A stretch of DNA of 64,000 bases from Eledone cirrhosa (lineage: Eukaryota): contig OZ024742.1 in NCBI GenBank assembly GCA_964016885.1, forward strand, positions 270,320,001 to 270,384,000. The letters run 5' to 3'. How positions within the stretch are numbered: position 1 is the first letter of the stretch; each line of letters begins with the position of its first letter. The notes under the pieces were generated by a model that was not told the DNA's origin, did not search any database, and saw nothing but the letters and a program-made list of their open reading frames with translations. Shown in pieces: positions 10,680-25,801 of the stretch. Both the position numbers and the translations under genes were made by a program.

Positions 10680-10686
<7 letters not shown>
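10105..10686 (+). mobile_element. 526-bp-period non-coding element with 56-bp identical terminal direct repeats and a partial hammerhead, ending in (TA)n
   Basis: 10105-10160 equals 10631-10686; CTGATGA-GGG..CCC at 10614-10646 with no following GAAA. Confidence 0.65.
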
Positions 10687-10778
<92 letters not shown>

Positions 10779-10849
10779 TCAGTTTCTGAACTGAATTCGA
10801 ATAATAACTTTTGCATTCCTAGTTGTGAGGTTCGATTTTCATAATCAGA

Positions 10850-11936
10850 ACTGGACACTGGAATAAATAGATAAACAAGAAAAATAATGACTGTATTCAG
10901 AATACCAGTAGGAAGATGACTTATGCAACTAGAACTCTCTTATAAAATAACTACTGAGGAATAAAAATTACCTAATTAAAAAAGGAAAATCAATTGAAAT
11001 AGCCGCAAAATATAAACAAAACTAGAAAGAGCACTCGTTATTAAAAAAATCAAAAAATCCAAATCTGTAAGTGGACTAACAGGTAAACATGAGAAATATG
11101 AAAACAAAGAAAAACAAGAAAAGTAATTTGGAAAGACATACAATTTGAATTGAAGACTGACCTCCAGAATGCCTTCTTAAAACAATGGTATGAGAGAAAT
11201 CCTTACATGGCCAATACAAAAAGAAGTTGAATAGGAAGGAAGTAGACAAAGAAAACTTACAAAACTGGACTAAATCCTGAGACGGAGGATTTCTAATTGT
11301 AACAAAAGACGATAAGCTACCCACCAGAACCTACCAGAAGCACAATAAGTAAATGTAGAATATGTAGAGATATGAAGAAACAATCAATCTCATTATTTCT
11401 GGATGTCCAGCTCTTGCCAATAAGGAATATGTCCACTGGCATAAAAGAGTTAATATCTTCATACACTGGAAGTTATGCCAGCATCATTAATTACCAACAA
11501 AAAGAAATGGTACGAACACACACTAGAAAAGTGTCAGGGTATGACAAAGCAACTATTCTTTGGGATATGCGATTGCGTACAGCCAGCAGATCAACAACAA
11601 CCGACCACATATTATAGACAGAGACCATAAAGCAAATAAATGCCATCTAATAGATGTATCAATCCCAACGGATGATAATATATCTTGCAAGGAAATGTAA
11701 AAATTCTCGAAGTAAAAAGATCTGGCGATAGATATAACAGGAGTGTGGGAAATAAAAATGACACACACCAGAAAAGTTTTCAGAGAATGACAAGCAACCA
11801 TTCTCTGGGATATGCCAATACATACACAGAAAAACACATGACCAAAACCCAACGACTTACAGATGTATACAGCATACAAATGTTAGCACTACTCGGCATT
11901 GCTCACATATTACGAAAAGTACTATTAATTCAATAG
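10850..11936 (+). mobile_element. R4/Dong-like non-LTR retrotransposon 3' fragment (CCHC plus RLE), decayed
   Basis: HGQYKK, CRIC..EETI.HIISGCP.LA..EY, WYEH, ILWDM..RP.I..C.LIDVSIP, ALLGIAHILRKVL across frameshifts. Confidence 0.75.
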
Positions 11937-13239
11937 TAACATGAGGAAAAACAACACTGCTGATACCCAAGGCACACGGGGCTGTTTTCGGTCAAGCAGT
12001 AATGAAGGGCAATAAAAATTAAAAAAATAATTATAATAATCATAATTACAATATGGGCTGGACGGTTGACTAAGCCGGGAAAAGGGCGCTGATTATTGTG
12101 CATTTAGCATGACGAAAAGGAAACCCCTGAAACAATGAGTGAACTCAGCTGTGTTAATATTCCTCTAATACTGATTCCAACGCCCATCAAATAGTAATTA
12201 TATAACCGGTGAAGGTGGTACTTATTTCTCATTTTGTTTATATTTCAAGTGGCCGATTACTGCATCCATGATGGTGAAGGTGCCGAGCCAGGCATGCTTT
12301 GTTTACCTGGTCCAGCAAATAAGACGGATTTGGCGTAAACAAGTAGAGGTTGTCGTTTTACTTCCTCAGCAATCCTGTAGGTGAAAACTTCCTCTAAAGA
12401 TCTACATGCAACGTTTAAATAAAGAAAGTGAGGAAGAGGCTTGTTTCAACTGTTGGTGTAGATTTATGTGACCCAAGATGAAAAGGGATATTAGGAAACA
12501 GTAGCGGAAGTAATGTTGACAATATAGCTCTTACTGATAAAAAGGAAACTGCAAGAGTGGACAAAGGTGAAGTGTCTTCTGGTAACCCATAGAAAATTGG
12601 TAGTGATAAATTGTCCGGCGAAATACAAATGGCGTGGGAGACAATGGAATTAATAGAGACATGACAGATGAGCAGAAGGCAATATACGATAGAATAAAGA
12701 TGATGGTACTGGATGGCGCTAGTAGCAACATTTTTCATCTTAAAAGTTGTTTATCAATTGGAGTTGAACCAAGTAAGAAAAAAAGGTGAATGGCATTCTG
12801 AAATACCTCTGAACAAAAGCGATCTCAGAAACAGATAATCATATCACATCAGAAAGTATCGTTGTAGCATAGACCTACATGCAGATGTCACGAATGAGAA
12901 AATCAATAGGGGAGACTAGAGAAAGGAACCATGGTGGAAAGAAGAAAACAGTCTAGTACAAATACGTTATTGAAATACATTTCTGCCTTAGATAGAAAGA
13001 CAAGGTCTAGCTTAGAAATGAAACCAAATATAGAGGCATGAAAAAAAAGTGTGGTTTTGAAGAAACATTTCTAAAAGTAGTAATGAAAGAATTCAAGCAA
13101 TGTTTTATTGAAAGAAAGTAGAGAGTGCAAGATATAAAGCAATATCAGCAAAGTAGATTATTCTAGTAGACAAAAGGGATTTAAGCAAGAAATAAATTCT
13201 GACTGAACAAATGAAATGATGATACCAGGTGGCAAAGGA

Positions 13240-16200
13240 AGTCACATATTTTGTGAGCCGGTTAGTCGTTTCAAGTAAGAAGTATTATCCCTTACCATCT
13301 CCGACCAAGCACCAGCGGAACAATCATGTAATGTTCTGCCGAAAGGCAGGACAGATCTGCCTGGAACCAGCAGTATGCACTCGTCTCGCTCTGTCAAAAA
13401 CCAAATTGAGGTTTCGTTACCTCGTAGCCTGCATATCTTAGAGCGCGTGCCATAGCTCTAATAATGCAACCATCGAGTTTCGCACAGAATAAATAATTTA
13501 ATGCAATTGTTATCGGAAACACATCAGATGCAATGCCTCTTCGAATCGCATCTTTCTATTTTTTTTTTCTATTGCAACTATTGATTCTTATCTAATCTCC
13601 CTCATGAGAATATCCCACCACACGTTGTTGACGACTTTCCCTATCACATTATGCTTAACAAGTACTGACCAGTTCTCTGTCGGCATTACGCATCGGGAAT
13701 GACGCGACACTGCCTATGTTTTCTCTTTAGGTAGACGACTCGGATCCTGAATCTTGGACCTGAATAGGTGACCATTTGAAATAGTGGACACACCAATTGT
13801 TATTCTAATGAGAAACACATCTATATACGATCTAGGTGACCCTATATGGGAGGCCTAGGTCCACACTGGCGTATTTGGAAAATCAAGTCCGTAAATCTCA
13901 GGCAGCTAAAACTGCTTTATTAGATTCTTGAGGCCTTTGCCTCCACCTCACACACACACACACACTTCTATCTACTCCACCGAAAAGTCCCAGATTGTGT
14001 CTAAGTTACCGGTCCAGTCCCCTGCGAAGAGTAAAGGGTGAAGTATTCCAAGAAAAGCTTCCATGCGCCGAAACAAATATTTGTGTGTGTGCGTGCGCGT
14101 ATGTGTATGTGTGTGTGTGTGTGGGGGGGGGGGGGGGTGTATGCCGGTCTCTCTATCTCTCTCTCTCTCTCTGTATGTGCGTGTGTGTGTGGCTGTGTGT
14201 GCTTGTGTGTATTATGTAAGGTTTGATAAGTTTGGACTAGGTTATCTGCGTTCCAAGATCAGATATATTTCCACATGGTGGTTCATATATTGATCGATGT
14301 CTAAACAAATGCGGCTGGCATTTGTCGGTGCCGAGACGGCCAGACATCAAATGGTAACATTGCTATTGGTAACGTCAAGGACAATCAACTTACCTGGGAA
14401 GTGTAAGATCGTTCGTATCTAACCACTTGGATGGTATCACTACAGTGACGTTATCGGAATCAGCTGACATGGTTCGCCTGCACCTCCGTTAACGCAGAAT
14501 GCCCCTCAATGTTTCCAGTTTGTGCAGTAATCGCGCATGAGTCAATACATACAACAAGGACGAGAGGAGACAACAGTGGCGGACAGAGCACGTGATGTTG
14601 AAAGGTTACGATGGGTGAACATTCACTCTCACAATAGAGCAGATGTCGCTGACATAGCAACGACCCAACATCTAAAATTGGGCCCAAACAGGTCCTCTGA
14701 AAATGGCCGCCAGGTATTGATGGTCGGACCTATCAACACTTTCTATTGGTCTAAATTGATCAGGTCCCTAACCAAGCCAGGTTCTTTAGTCAGCCTATCC
14801 ACGATGTATCGCACGAGGTGGAGATTGTCGAGGATAAATCTCTTAGGAATGGCGCATGCCTTCGCCACTCCTGCAAGACTCCCGGCGACAAGCATCAACC
14901 ACGTTGCTAATACCTTCGCGAAAATGTTGACCACTACGTTCAGAAGGGTTATAGGCCTGACACTATCTATGCTGTTCCCACGTTTCGGTCCTTTCTCATT
15001 AGCTAGAGCGATCCTTGTCTCACAGAACTGGGAATTCTCATGTTCTACTGCCAGTTGCAGTAGACGTCTGCCAAGATGTCTCCCGAAATGTCTGTGTACG
15101 TAAAGCACGTAGTGTAAACCATCCAAACCAGGCGATTTAACCATCATGCAGCCAGTCATTACCTCCAGTATTTCAGCAGCAGTTATCGGCTTTTCGCAGC
15201 AGTCGGACTATGTCAGCGAGAGTTACGTCCGGCCATCGAGGTAGGGTCCATTCACGAACCAGTTTGCCTCTGCTCCCGAACATTTCAGAGATTTGCTGCT
15301 GAAAATTACACACCTGTACTCGTTAATAACCTACATGCGCCCGTCTTTGTGCACCAAAGACCGGATCATCGCTTTTTCGTCACGCCACCCACCGCCACTC
15401 GGGCCCATATAACGGCTTTCGTTTCCCCGTGTCTTAGAGTACGAGCACTAGCTCTGACAACGAATCTTTCATGCTTAGCGTTGATTAATTGTTTAAAGTC
15501 CAACTTTGCCATTTGCACGTCGTGCGCAATGCATTTTCTAAGCCCCTAAATCTAAATCTTCTAATTTTCTAACTGGTTTTCCCTATTCTGTATACTTCTC
15601 TATCACGGTAGCCTTACTATACCTTATGGGACTTCTCAGGGCGAATCACAATTTGTTGTTGACAACTTCCCCCGTAGACGCCCATTTAACTAATTCCTTT
15701 ATCCGCCTTTGTAGTTTTACGCACCTAGATGGACCACGCAGATCACAAATCTTTGGTTTGCGTAGCCGGCCCTCTTGAAATTTGAGCATTCTCCGCTTGT
15801 CCTGTTTATATCTTTACAGGAAAAGCTATCTAGATACGATCTGCATGACCCGAGGAAGTTTGTCCTTGTCCACGTTGACCCATTCGAGAAACTCATGCAA
15901 AATATGTCTGAGAGTTGTACACGTCAGAGGAGCTTTGTAGGCTTTTACACTATCCTTTCTTAAATGCTACGCCCTCACAGTCCCATCATGCATCCATGAT
16001 ACCTTTCTTCTCGCCCACTATAACTAAAAAGCGGGGCGTTTCTATAAAGGTCTCCAGTCACCAGAAGAAACAAGGCCGTCCAGCCGCTTCCAGGCCATAG
16101 GCTGCTACTCGCATCAAAGCGTGCCGTTCTACGTTGGTCATGTCAAGCACCACACACTTCCAATCTGAGTCCAAGAGGATGGTCTGTTTATTGGGATCCC

Positions 16201-17730
16201 CATCTCTCTGAAAGAACACAGGTACTCTGTCTCCAGATTCAAGGTGTGAAAGTCCGTGAGTTAGAGATCCTGGTCATGCTGATGGTGACCATATGTACGA
16301 AGTGACCTGAGGCCGTCGATCAGGTGACCCTCCTTCCAAGACCACACCACGTCACGTGAATTTATGCTGCCCATTGTGAATGAGACTATTCTCGATAAGG
16401 TGGGGGGAAACAAATGAGAGAGAGAGACGTACCTATTGCCTTTGGGGTGGGGGAATCCCCCCGGTTCTGTATGGGTTTCTGTATGAGAATATCGGAATAT
16501 ATTCTGTTTGAGAACATTCCTATATATTCTCAAACTAACTCGGATAAATGGCATTTTATAAGTATATATGTCTTTTGTTTGAATTGTAAAATCGTTATGT
16601 GATGTGGGCCTGCAATTATTTTGTTTCTACATCATTTGTTTTTGTAATGTCGGTGTTCTGTTGTAAGTGATTTAAAACGATATTGGTTGCCTTTGGTGCA
16701 TTGTGGTGTTGATGTAGGTAGTGATGGAATTAGTTACGATGCTGGAGGTGGTGGTATGGGTGTTCCTTATGGGGGAAGAGTGAGTGTTGAAGGACGTGGC
16801 GTGTTGGTTTGTGGTGCTGTGTGTTTGATCATTTTTTTTGTTTGTTTTGGGGGGTAGAGGGAATTATTATTTTTCTTTTGGCTTCCCTCAAGCCGACGGA
16901 TTGCCACCCCTCAACGTCAACAAATTCAGTGTCGAACTGTGTAATGTAAGGGAAATATAAACTTTTTACTGGCGTTGGTGTTTTTGTTGTTAGTCGAGGT
17001 GAGGATTTGTTTAGAGGTTTTTGGTGCTGGTATCATTGTTAATGCTGATGCCGGGGTTTTCTGCAGCTACAGTTGGCGTAGAGAGTTATGATGTCCATAT
17101 CATGAGACCTGGCGTAGGGAGGCGCGTGACTCTTGTTCCCTCTCTGTTTTGGTTTGGGCAGAAGAGCTTTAGCTGGGTTTTGCTCACATATACAAGATAA
17201 CTCGGTTTTCTACCGCCGATGTCTAAGTGTAGTGGATGTTTTCATCGAGACATCGGGGATGTTTTGTTGCTCCCTTTTGATTAGTAGTTCCCCCTCCGAT
17301 TCCATCCACTTTTCTGGGTCTAAGTTATTGATCTCAGATCGAATGGTTTTCATCGACGTCGGAGAGAACAGCTGCAATCAGCTAAGCACCGGGCAGAAAT
17401 TGAGTCCATCAAACTCGTACAACATTTTGTCCGCAGTAGGTGGACACCATTATTATCTCTTGACTCGCAGTTGTTTAATGGAGTGTGCCCTGGAATGTTG
17501 CGGATCTGTGAAGAAACTGATCTGTCCTATATTTGGTCCCGCGGGCTCTGTGTGTTTTACGTGCCCACACGGCACCCATAGCATTTTGAACCACCACTCG
17601 TAGCGACTTTATCGCAATTGTACGGTACCAAACCATACAAGGACCCTGTGTTGATTTAGTTTGACCAGGTTTTTGTCCGCATTCATTTACTCTTTGCTGA
17701 ACTGTTCCTACGGTTTTGACCAGCTTCACA
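13240..17730 (-). mobile_element. Tx1/L1-clade LINE, long decayed copy (APE + RT, upstream ORF1 remnant), interrupted by microsatellites near 13950-14210
   Basis: KSPGLDGL..RPITLLNV..KVLA..AIPKR.ILDNLHLVR..INLDQ (14743-15159); APE N-terminus-like GSINSRD near 16370. Confidence 0.75.
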
Positions 17731-18009
17731 AAGATGCACCGTTGTTGCTGCTGCTGTTGTTTTCGTTGTTGCTGCTAGTTCTGTTGTTGGTAGTGTTGTC
17801 GTTGTTGCTATTATGGGTAGTGTTGTCGTAGTTGCTGTCATTGTTCTTCTTTTTCGTTGTTTTCTTTCATGCAGCCGGTTGTGGTTTTGATGTTGTCCCT
17901 GTTGTTGTTGCTACTACTGTGTGGAAGTGGTGTGAACTTTTGGGGTGCTGTGTAGTATTTTTCTGTGATGCTGGTGTTGTGTTGGATGTAGTGTAATAAT
18001 TGGTTGTTG

Positions 18010-20160
18010 TTCAAATTTAATGCTGTGTAGTGTGCATAAAAGTAACCGCAAAAGCAGTGAGGAAATTATTTGGCCTAAAAACGAGAGGAAACAAAAAACA
18101 AGAAAGATCAGAAACTTGGGGAAAGAAACGACTCAATGGTCAAATCAAGGAAATGAGAAAAGAAATTGAAAAGCTTGAGTCCCCACTGAATGGGATATTA
18201 CCAAGCCCAGAAGGTGTGCAAAGGCATTGAATTAAACATATAACATCCCTCCACCCCAAACTGACAACCATGTTCGATGACTGCTTGATGTCGGGTGAAG
18301 TACCAGAGAGGTTGACAAAAGGTACCATAGTTCTGGTAATGAAAGACCGTATCAAGGTTAATGATGTTACCAACTATAGGCCTATCACATACCTGTCCGT
18401 AATGTGGAAACTGTTAACAAGCATTGTGTCTGAGGAAATCTACCATCACCTCCACATAAACAACTTGTTACCTGCCGAAAGAAGTTCCGTGGTACAAAGG
18501 ACCAGTTACTTATTGATAAGATGGTAATGAGGAATTGCAAGAGGAGGCACAATGGTGTTGCCATGGGATGGATAGATTACAAAAAGGCATTCGACATGGT
18601 ACCTCATTCTTGAATAAACAAAAGCCAAGAGATTTTCAAGGTGGCAGATAACATCTGACAGTTGTTGAGCAAAAGTATGAAGTCCTGGGAAACAGAGTTA
18701 ACATCAGCTGGAGAGACCTTGGGAGGCATGAAGAAGAGAGGTATCCTTCAGGGAGATAGTTTGTCCCCTCTGCTGTTTTTTCTTGCCCTGATACCCCTGT
18801 CCGTTATATTGCGAAAAGTGAGAGCAGGATACAAGTTGGGAAAGGGAGAGTTTACCATCAACCACCTCCTCTTCATGGACGATCTTAAACTCTTTGAGAA
18901 GAGTGAGAAGGAGTTGGATGTACTTGTTGACACTCTCCGTATTTTCAGCAAAGATATATGTATGGGATTTGGTATTAATAAGTGTGGAGTCCAAATGATG
19001 AAGAGGAGTAAATTGAACAGAGGCAATGGAATCCAAGAACCAATCGGTGAAACGATAAAGGAAATTGACACTGAAGAAGGATACAAATATTTAGGTGTTC
19101 TGGAGGCAGATGACTTCAAGAACAAAAAGTTGAAGGAATTGATAAGATCTGAATACATTCGGAGAGTAAGGAGCGTATTAAAATCACATCTGAACAGTAG
19201 GAATGTCATAAGTGCAGTCAATTCCCGAGCTGTGTCTATTATTAGTTACAGTGCGGGGATTCTGAAATGGAATGTTGCTGAACAAAAAGAAATGGATAGG
19301 AAGACTAGGAAACTATTGACTATCTACAACATGTTCCACAAGAGGATTGATGTCGATAGACTCTAATTAAGGAGATCTGAAGGTGGAAGAGGTCTTATCA
19401 GCATAGAGCACTGTGTTCAGATGGAGAAAAACAACCTGCACAAATATGTGACTGAGAGTAGGGAGACAATGCTCAAAATTCTACTGAAGGAGAAGACAAT
19501 AGACCAGGAGATGTCCAAGGAGGAAATAACAACGAGGAGGAAAAGCAACCTTAATGAACAATCTCTTCATAGCACCTTCTTTAAGAGAACGGAATTTAGA
19601 GATCCACAGACATGGGACTGGTCAAAAAGAGGAGACCTTAAGAAAGCTACAGAAGGAATGCTAATCGCTGCGCAAGAGCAAGCCCTGAGGACGAAGTGGG
19701 TGAAACACCATATTGACAAGGAGGAAGCTAGCTCACTGTGTAGGATCTGTGGAGATAGAGAGAGAAGACTGTGGCTCACAATGTATCCGAGTGTAAACAC
19801 CTAGCCCAGACTCTCTGTAAAGGCTGGAGATATTGATGTGATAGGCAGAGTGATCAACTGGCATCTAAGCAAAGTAAACAATTTACCACAGTCTGAGAAG
19901 TGGTATGAGCATAAGCCAGAGTCGGTAATAGAAAACGATCAGGTGAAGATGCTATGGGATTTTAGGATACAGACGGACAAGAAATTAGGACACAATACGC
20001 CTGACCTGGTGTTTTGGACAAGGAAAACAGATCGTGCCTGATTGTAGATATAGCCTGCCCATTTGACACCAGATTGCAGGAAAAGTAGAGGGAGAAAATT
20101 AACTGATACCAGGATTTAAAGTGGGAGTTAAAAAGGATTTGGAACTGCCATGAAATCAAG
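18010..20160 (+). mobile_element. R4/Dong-like non-LTR retrotransposon (RT + CCHC + RLE), frameshifted
   Basis: [72 protein letters not shown]. Confidence 0.9.
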
Positions 20161-20164
20161 AACA

Positions 20165-22790
20165 ATAATAATAAATAATATTAATTCCTTTATTATTGGC
20201 CACAAGGGCCGAAAAGGGGACAGTGTGGTTTTACATATATTCGAGTAAACATTATCAACAGAACAATTAACAAACACTATAAACAACATAATTCCAATAG
20301 AGGGGGCATACCATCCATGGATAACTTTAGGAACACCACAAATCACAACTAACCCTCATCTCCAAGAGCACCCGAGAGGGTGCCACTCTCTCCCGCCATT
20401 CTCCCAGCCTACAGACGCACGATCAGAGAGGGCCCATTCGCACAGGTTAACCTCACAGCATTCAACCACCTTTTAAAAAAGGTATTACGGCAGCATTTCT
20501 CTCTCCACTCTTTTTTTCATTTCTAATTAGAACTTGAAAAAGTTGACGAGGGCTTGGCGGAAGAGGAAAATGTCAGTCTTCAGACCTTTCAGGCGCGTCC
20601 ATCACACAACCTCTTTGTGTACTTCTATCATATAGATGAAAATTGACTGCTCTTCCCGGACAAAAGAAGGCGGTAGGACGATCTTCACTATGGATTCAGC
20701 CTTTAGCCGGATTGCTCCCACACGCGATAACAGCTGTTCGACATAACTCCATAAGTCAGCAGTACGTGGGCACTGGACGTGTGTGTGCAAAACTGTTTCA
20801 TATCTCAGCGCGCATCTCGGACAACTCCGTCTGACAGCACTTGAGTGCTTATAGAGTTTATCTCGAAACGGCTTCCCGATGGCACTACTAAGCCAGTGAA
20901 TTCTGGAAATTGACTATAGTCGCTGGCTCGAAGTTGCGCTGGAAAAAACTGACTAGTTCTTTCTCGTGACGCCTAGGATATTTCCAAGAGCGTTGCCGCA
21001 CTTGCCGACAATTAATCCCCTATAGATCTCTTGAGTGGAAATTCCACTGAATACATTGCCAGCCTAGTAGAAGGCATTGTGGGCCTGGCAATATTCCTGA
21101 TGCCAATCACCCCATCTTGGTCTATTCTTGACCCAGGACTGCAGATCAATCAAAGAGACGAGCTGCGGAAACGCCCGTCTGACAAACGGCAACCCTTCCT
21201 GTTCACGGTTTAGTAAGAATATCTGGAGACGCTGAAGCCTCAGCGCATGTTTGCGCAACCTTAACCACGGTAAACGCAGCCTTTCGCGCAGAGGAAGCTG
21301 GCAGCATATGGACTGCCTCACCAACGGAACATGTCCCCTCAGTAATAATTTGAAGAGGAACCTACGGAAGTATATGACGGACGTGATGTACGCATTTGCC
21401 ATCTCCACCCGACCTGTCAAGGAAAGCTTCCTCGTAGCCCATTTTTGGGTAAGAGTAGTGACCCTGAACGACTCCCCGTCCCAATTCTTATCCACTTAGA
21501 AGTCTGGTCCGAACAAAACCCCGAGCAACTTTACCGGTCCGTCCGTCCAGCGCCCGACGACGCCGTTTAACGGCATGGACTTGCCTCTCCAGATGGCGAG
21601 CTGGCAGCATAGCGACTTTTCCGTTTGTAGTTTCGCCTCTGCCAATATTTCATATTCTTCCAATAAGGTGGCGATAACCTCGATTTCCGAGGTCATTTCA
21701 CAGTGATGTTCACCACGTATGCCGACAAAGCTCTTCCGCGTACCGTTTAGAAAACAATGGCTTGCAATATCTGCAGTTTGCGCAGTAAACGCTCGACTGT
21801 CAATATGTACAGAGGGTAGGAGTGAGGGCATTCTTGACGGATTGATCGAGAAATCTGAATCGGTTCCGAAAGGTGGCCATTAACTTTGAACACTTAGGAG
21901 GTGTCGCTGTGCATTGCAGCAATCAAGTCTCTGAAAACGGAACCGACGCCAGTGGCCTTGAGGACAGCCTCCAGATACTGATGGTCTACCCTATCGAATG
22001 CTTTCGATTGATCCAAATAGATCAGAGACCGATGAAAGCCAGGTTAACATCACACCTACTCTATTATGTATCGGATGTGCTGGAGGTTGTCGTGTATGGA
22101 CATGGTCGGGATTGAACAAGTGTGCGCCTCTCTAACCAAATCCTCGACTACAAGCGCCAAGCTTTTCACTGACATCATGGCAAATAATATTAAACTGTGA
22201 ATAGCAGAGCTATGGGTCTGAACTGATCTAAAGTATCCCTCTTGTTATCTCCTTTACTTATGAGCGTCACTTCGCCCCGACTCAACGAACTGGGGCTACT
22301 CACTTTCTGCTGCTAGTTGCAGTAGAGTGCTTCGAGGATTTCAGGGAACAAATATGGCATTCAGGGAACAAATCAAAACCGGGTGACTTGTGCCAGACGC
22401 AGCTGACTAGGGCATCCCGAATTTAGACCGAAGTTATCTGCCTTTCGCAGTGCCCAGCTCCCGCCGATGAGACTGGGCCGAAAGTTGAGGTAGGGACTGA
22501 AATGCACTACCATATCCGACCATCTGCTTCCATCGAACAGCTAGCAAAGTGCTGGCGAAAAGGCCTCACACATCCGCCAGGAATCGGTCAGTTCACGTCC
22601 GTCTCCGTCCGTCAAAAACCGAATTGTGGTTTTGTTACCAGGGTGCGACTCCAGCACTCAGGCTCATCGATCAGCTTTTGTTCCCTCGTTTCTTAGAGCA
22701 CACTCTTTTTCTGTGACAAGAAGCATTCGTGTTTCGCATTGAAGACATGGTCTAGTGCCATTCTCGCAGCTATCACGTCGGCCTGGTGGC
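20165..22790 (-). mobile_element. Tx1/L1-clade LINE 3' portion, decayed, with (TTA)n-like tail at ~20165
   Basis: PVKLLGVLFGPD, QKWATRKLSLTGRVEMANAYI, HVQCP..LWSYVEQLL; homologous to the 13.2-17.7 kb and 58.7-62 kb copies. Confidence 0.8.
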
Positions 22791-22799
22791 TTTGACAAA

Positions 22800-23110
22800 A
22801 AAAAAAGAAAGTGCATTCGTTTGTTTACAAGATAAACATACTGTTTAATCATAGTCGTAGCTTTCCCTTTCACAGAACAGTGTAAGAAAAGAAGGAGAAA
22901 AGTAACCAGTACCAAGATCTAATGTTGGAACTGAATTGGATCAGGAACTGTCACAATATTCAAGGTCATTTCCATCGTCACTGGAACCCTAGTTACAATT
23001 TCGAAGAGTTTCCAAGGCTGACTAAGGAACCTTAGCCCAGTCACCTTTTTTGGAAAACTTCAAAAATGTCATGCCTACAAGGAATAGCATAGACCCACTG
23101 ATTCATCCTG
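22800..23110 (+). mobile_element. Second R4/Dong-like RLE 3' remnant
   Basis: CLIIVVAFPF..QYQDLMLEL..RNCH..IVTGTL, homologous to 20030-20160. Confidence 0.5.
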
Positions 23111-23589
23111 AAGATATGAGCCTACAGCTAGCGGATTGAATTTCTTTAGGGTAATTTTTCCGGTTAAATTATATCAATGACTGCGATATCAAATTTATAA
23201 AATGATTCATAATAATTGTGTATAATTATTGCGCCTCTAGACATCAATATTTTCAGCTGTATTTCCTTATATATGAGTGTATGCTGAGATTTAGCTCTTT
23301 ATCTTGTAGCAGCAATTTCTTTTCTACACTCCCAATTTCGGCCTCACTAACCTTCATAACTGTCCTCACTTGTCTCTTCATAACTCCTTAATTCTCACCG
23401 CATTTCACTCTCCAATCTGAATGTGTAAAACACGAGCGCTTGGTCGGAGTGTAATGTACAAAAACCTGTCCTTTCATTTGTGCCAACTATACAACCAAAT
23501 TGGCCGTAATAGAGGAACATTTCCACCTATTGCTGAACATGTGGTGTAGCAAAATTCAAGGTGGATTTGAGCGATAACATTTCACATCA

Positions 23590-25801
<2,212 letters not shown>

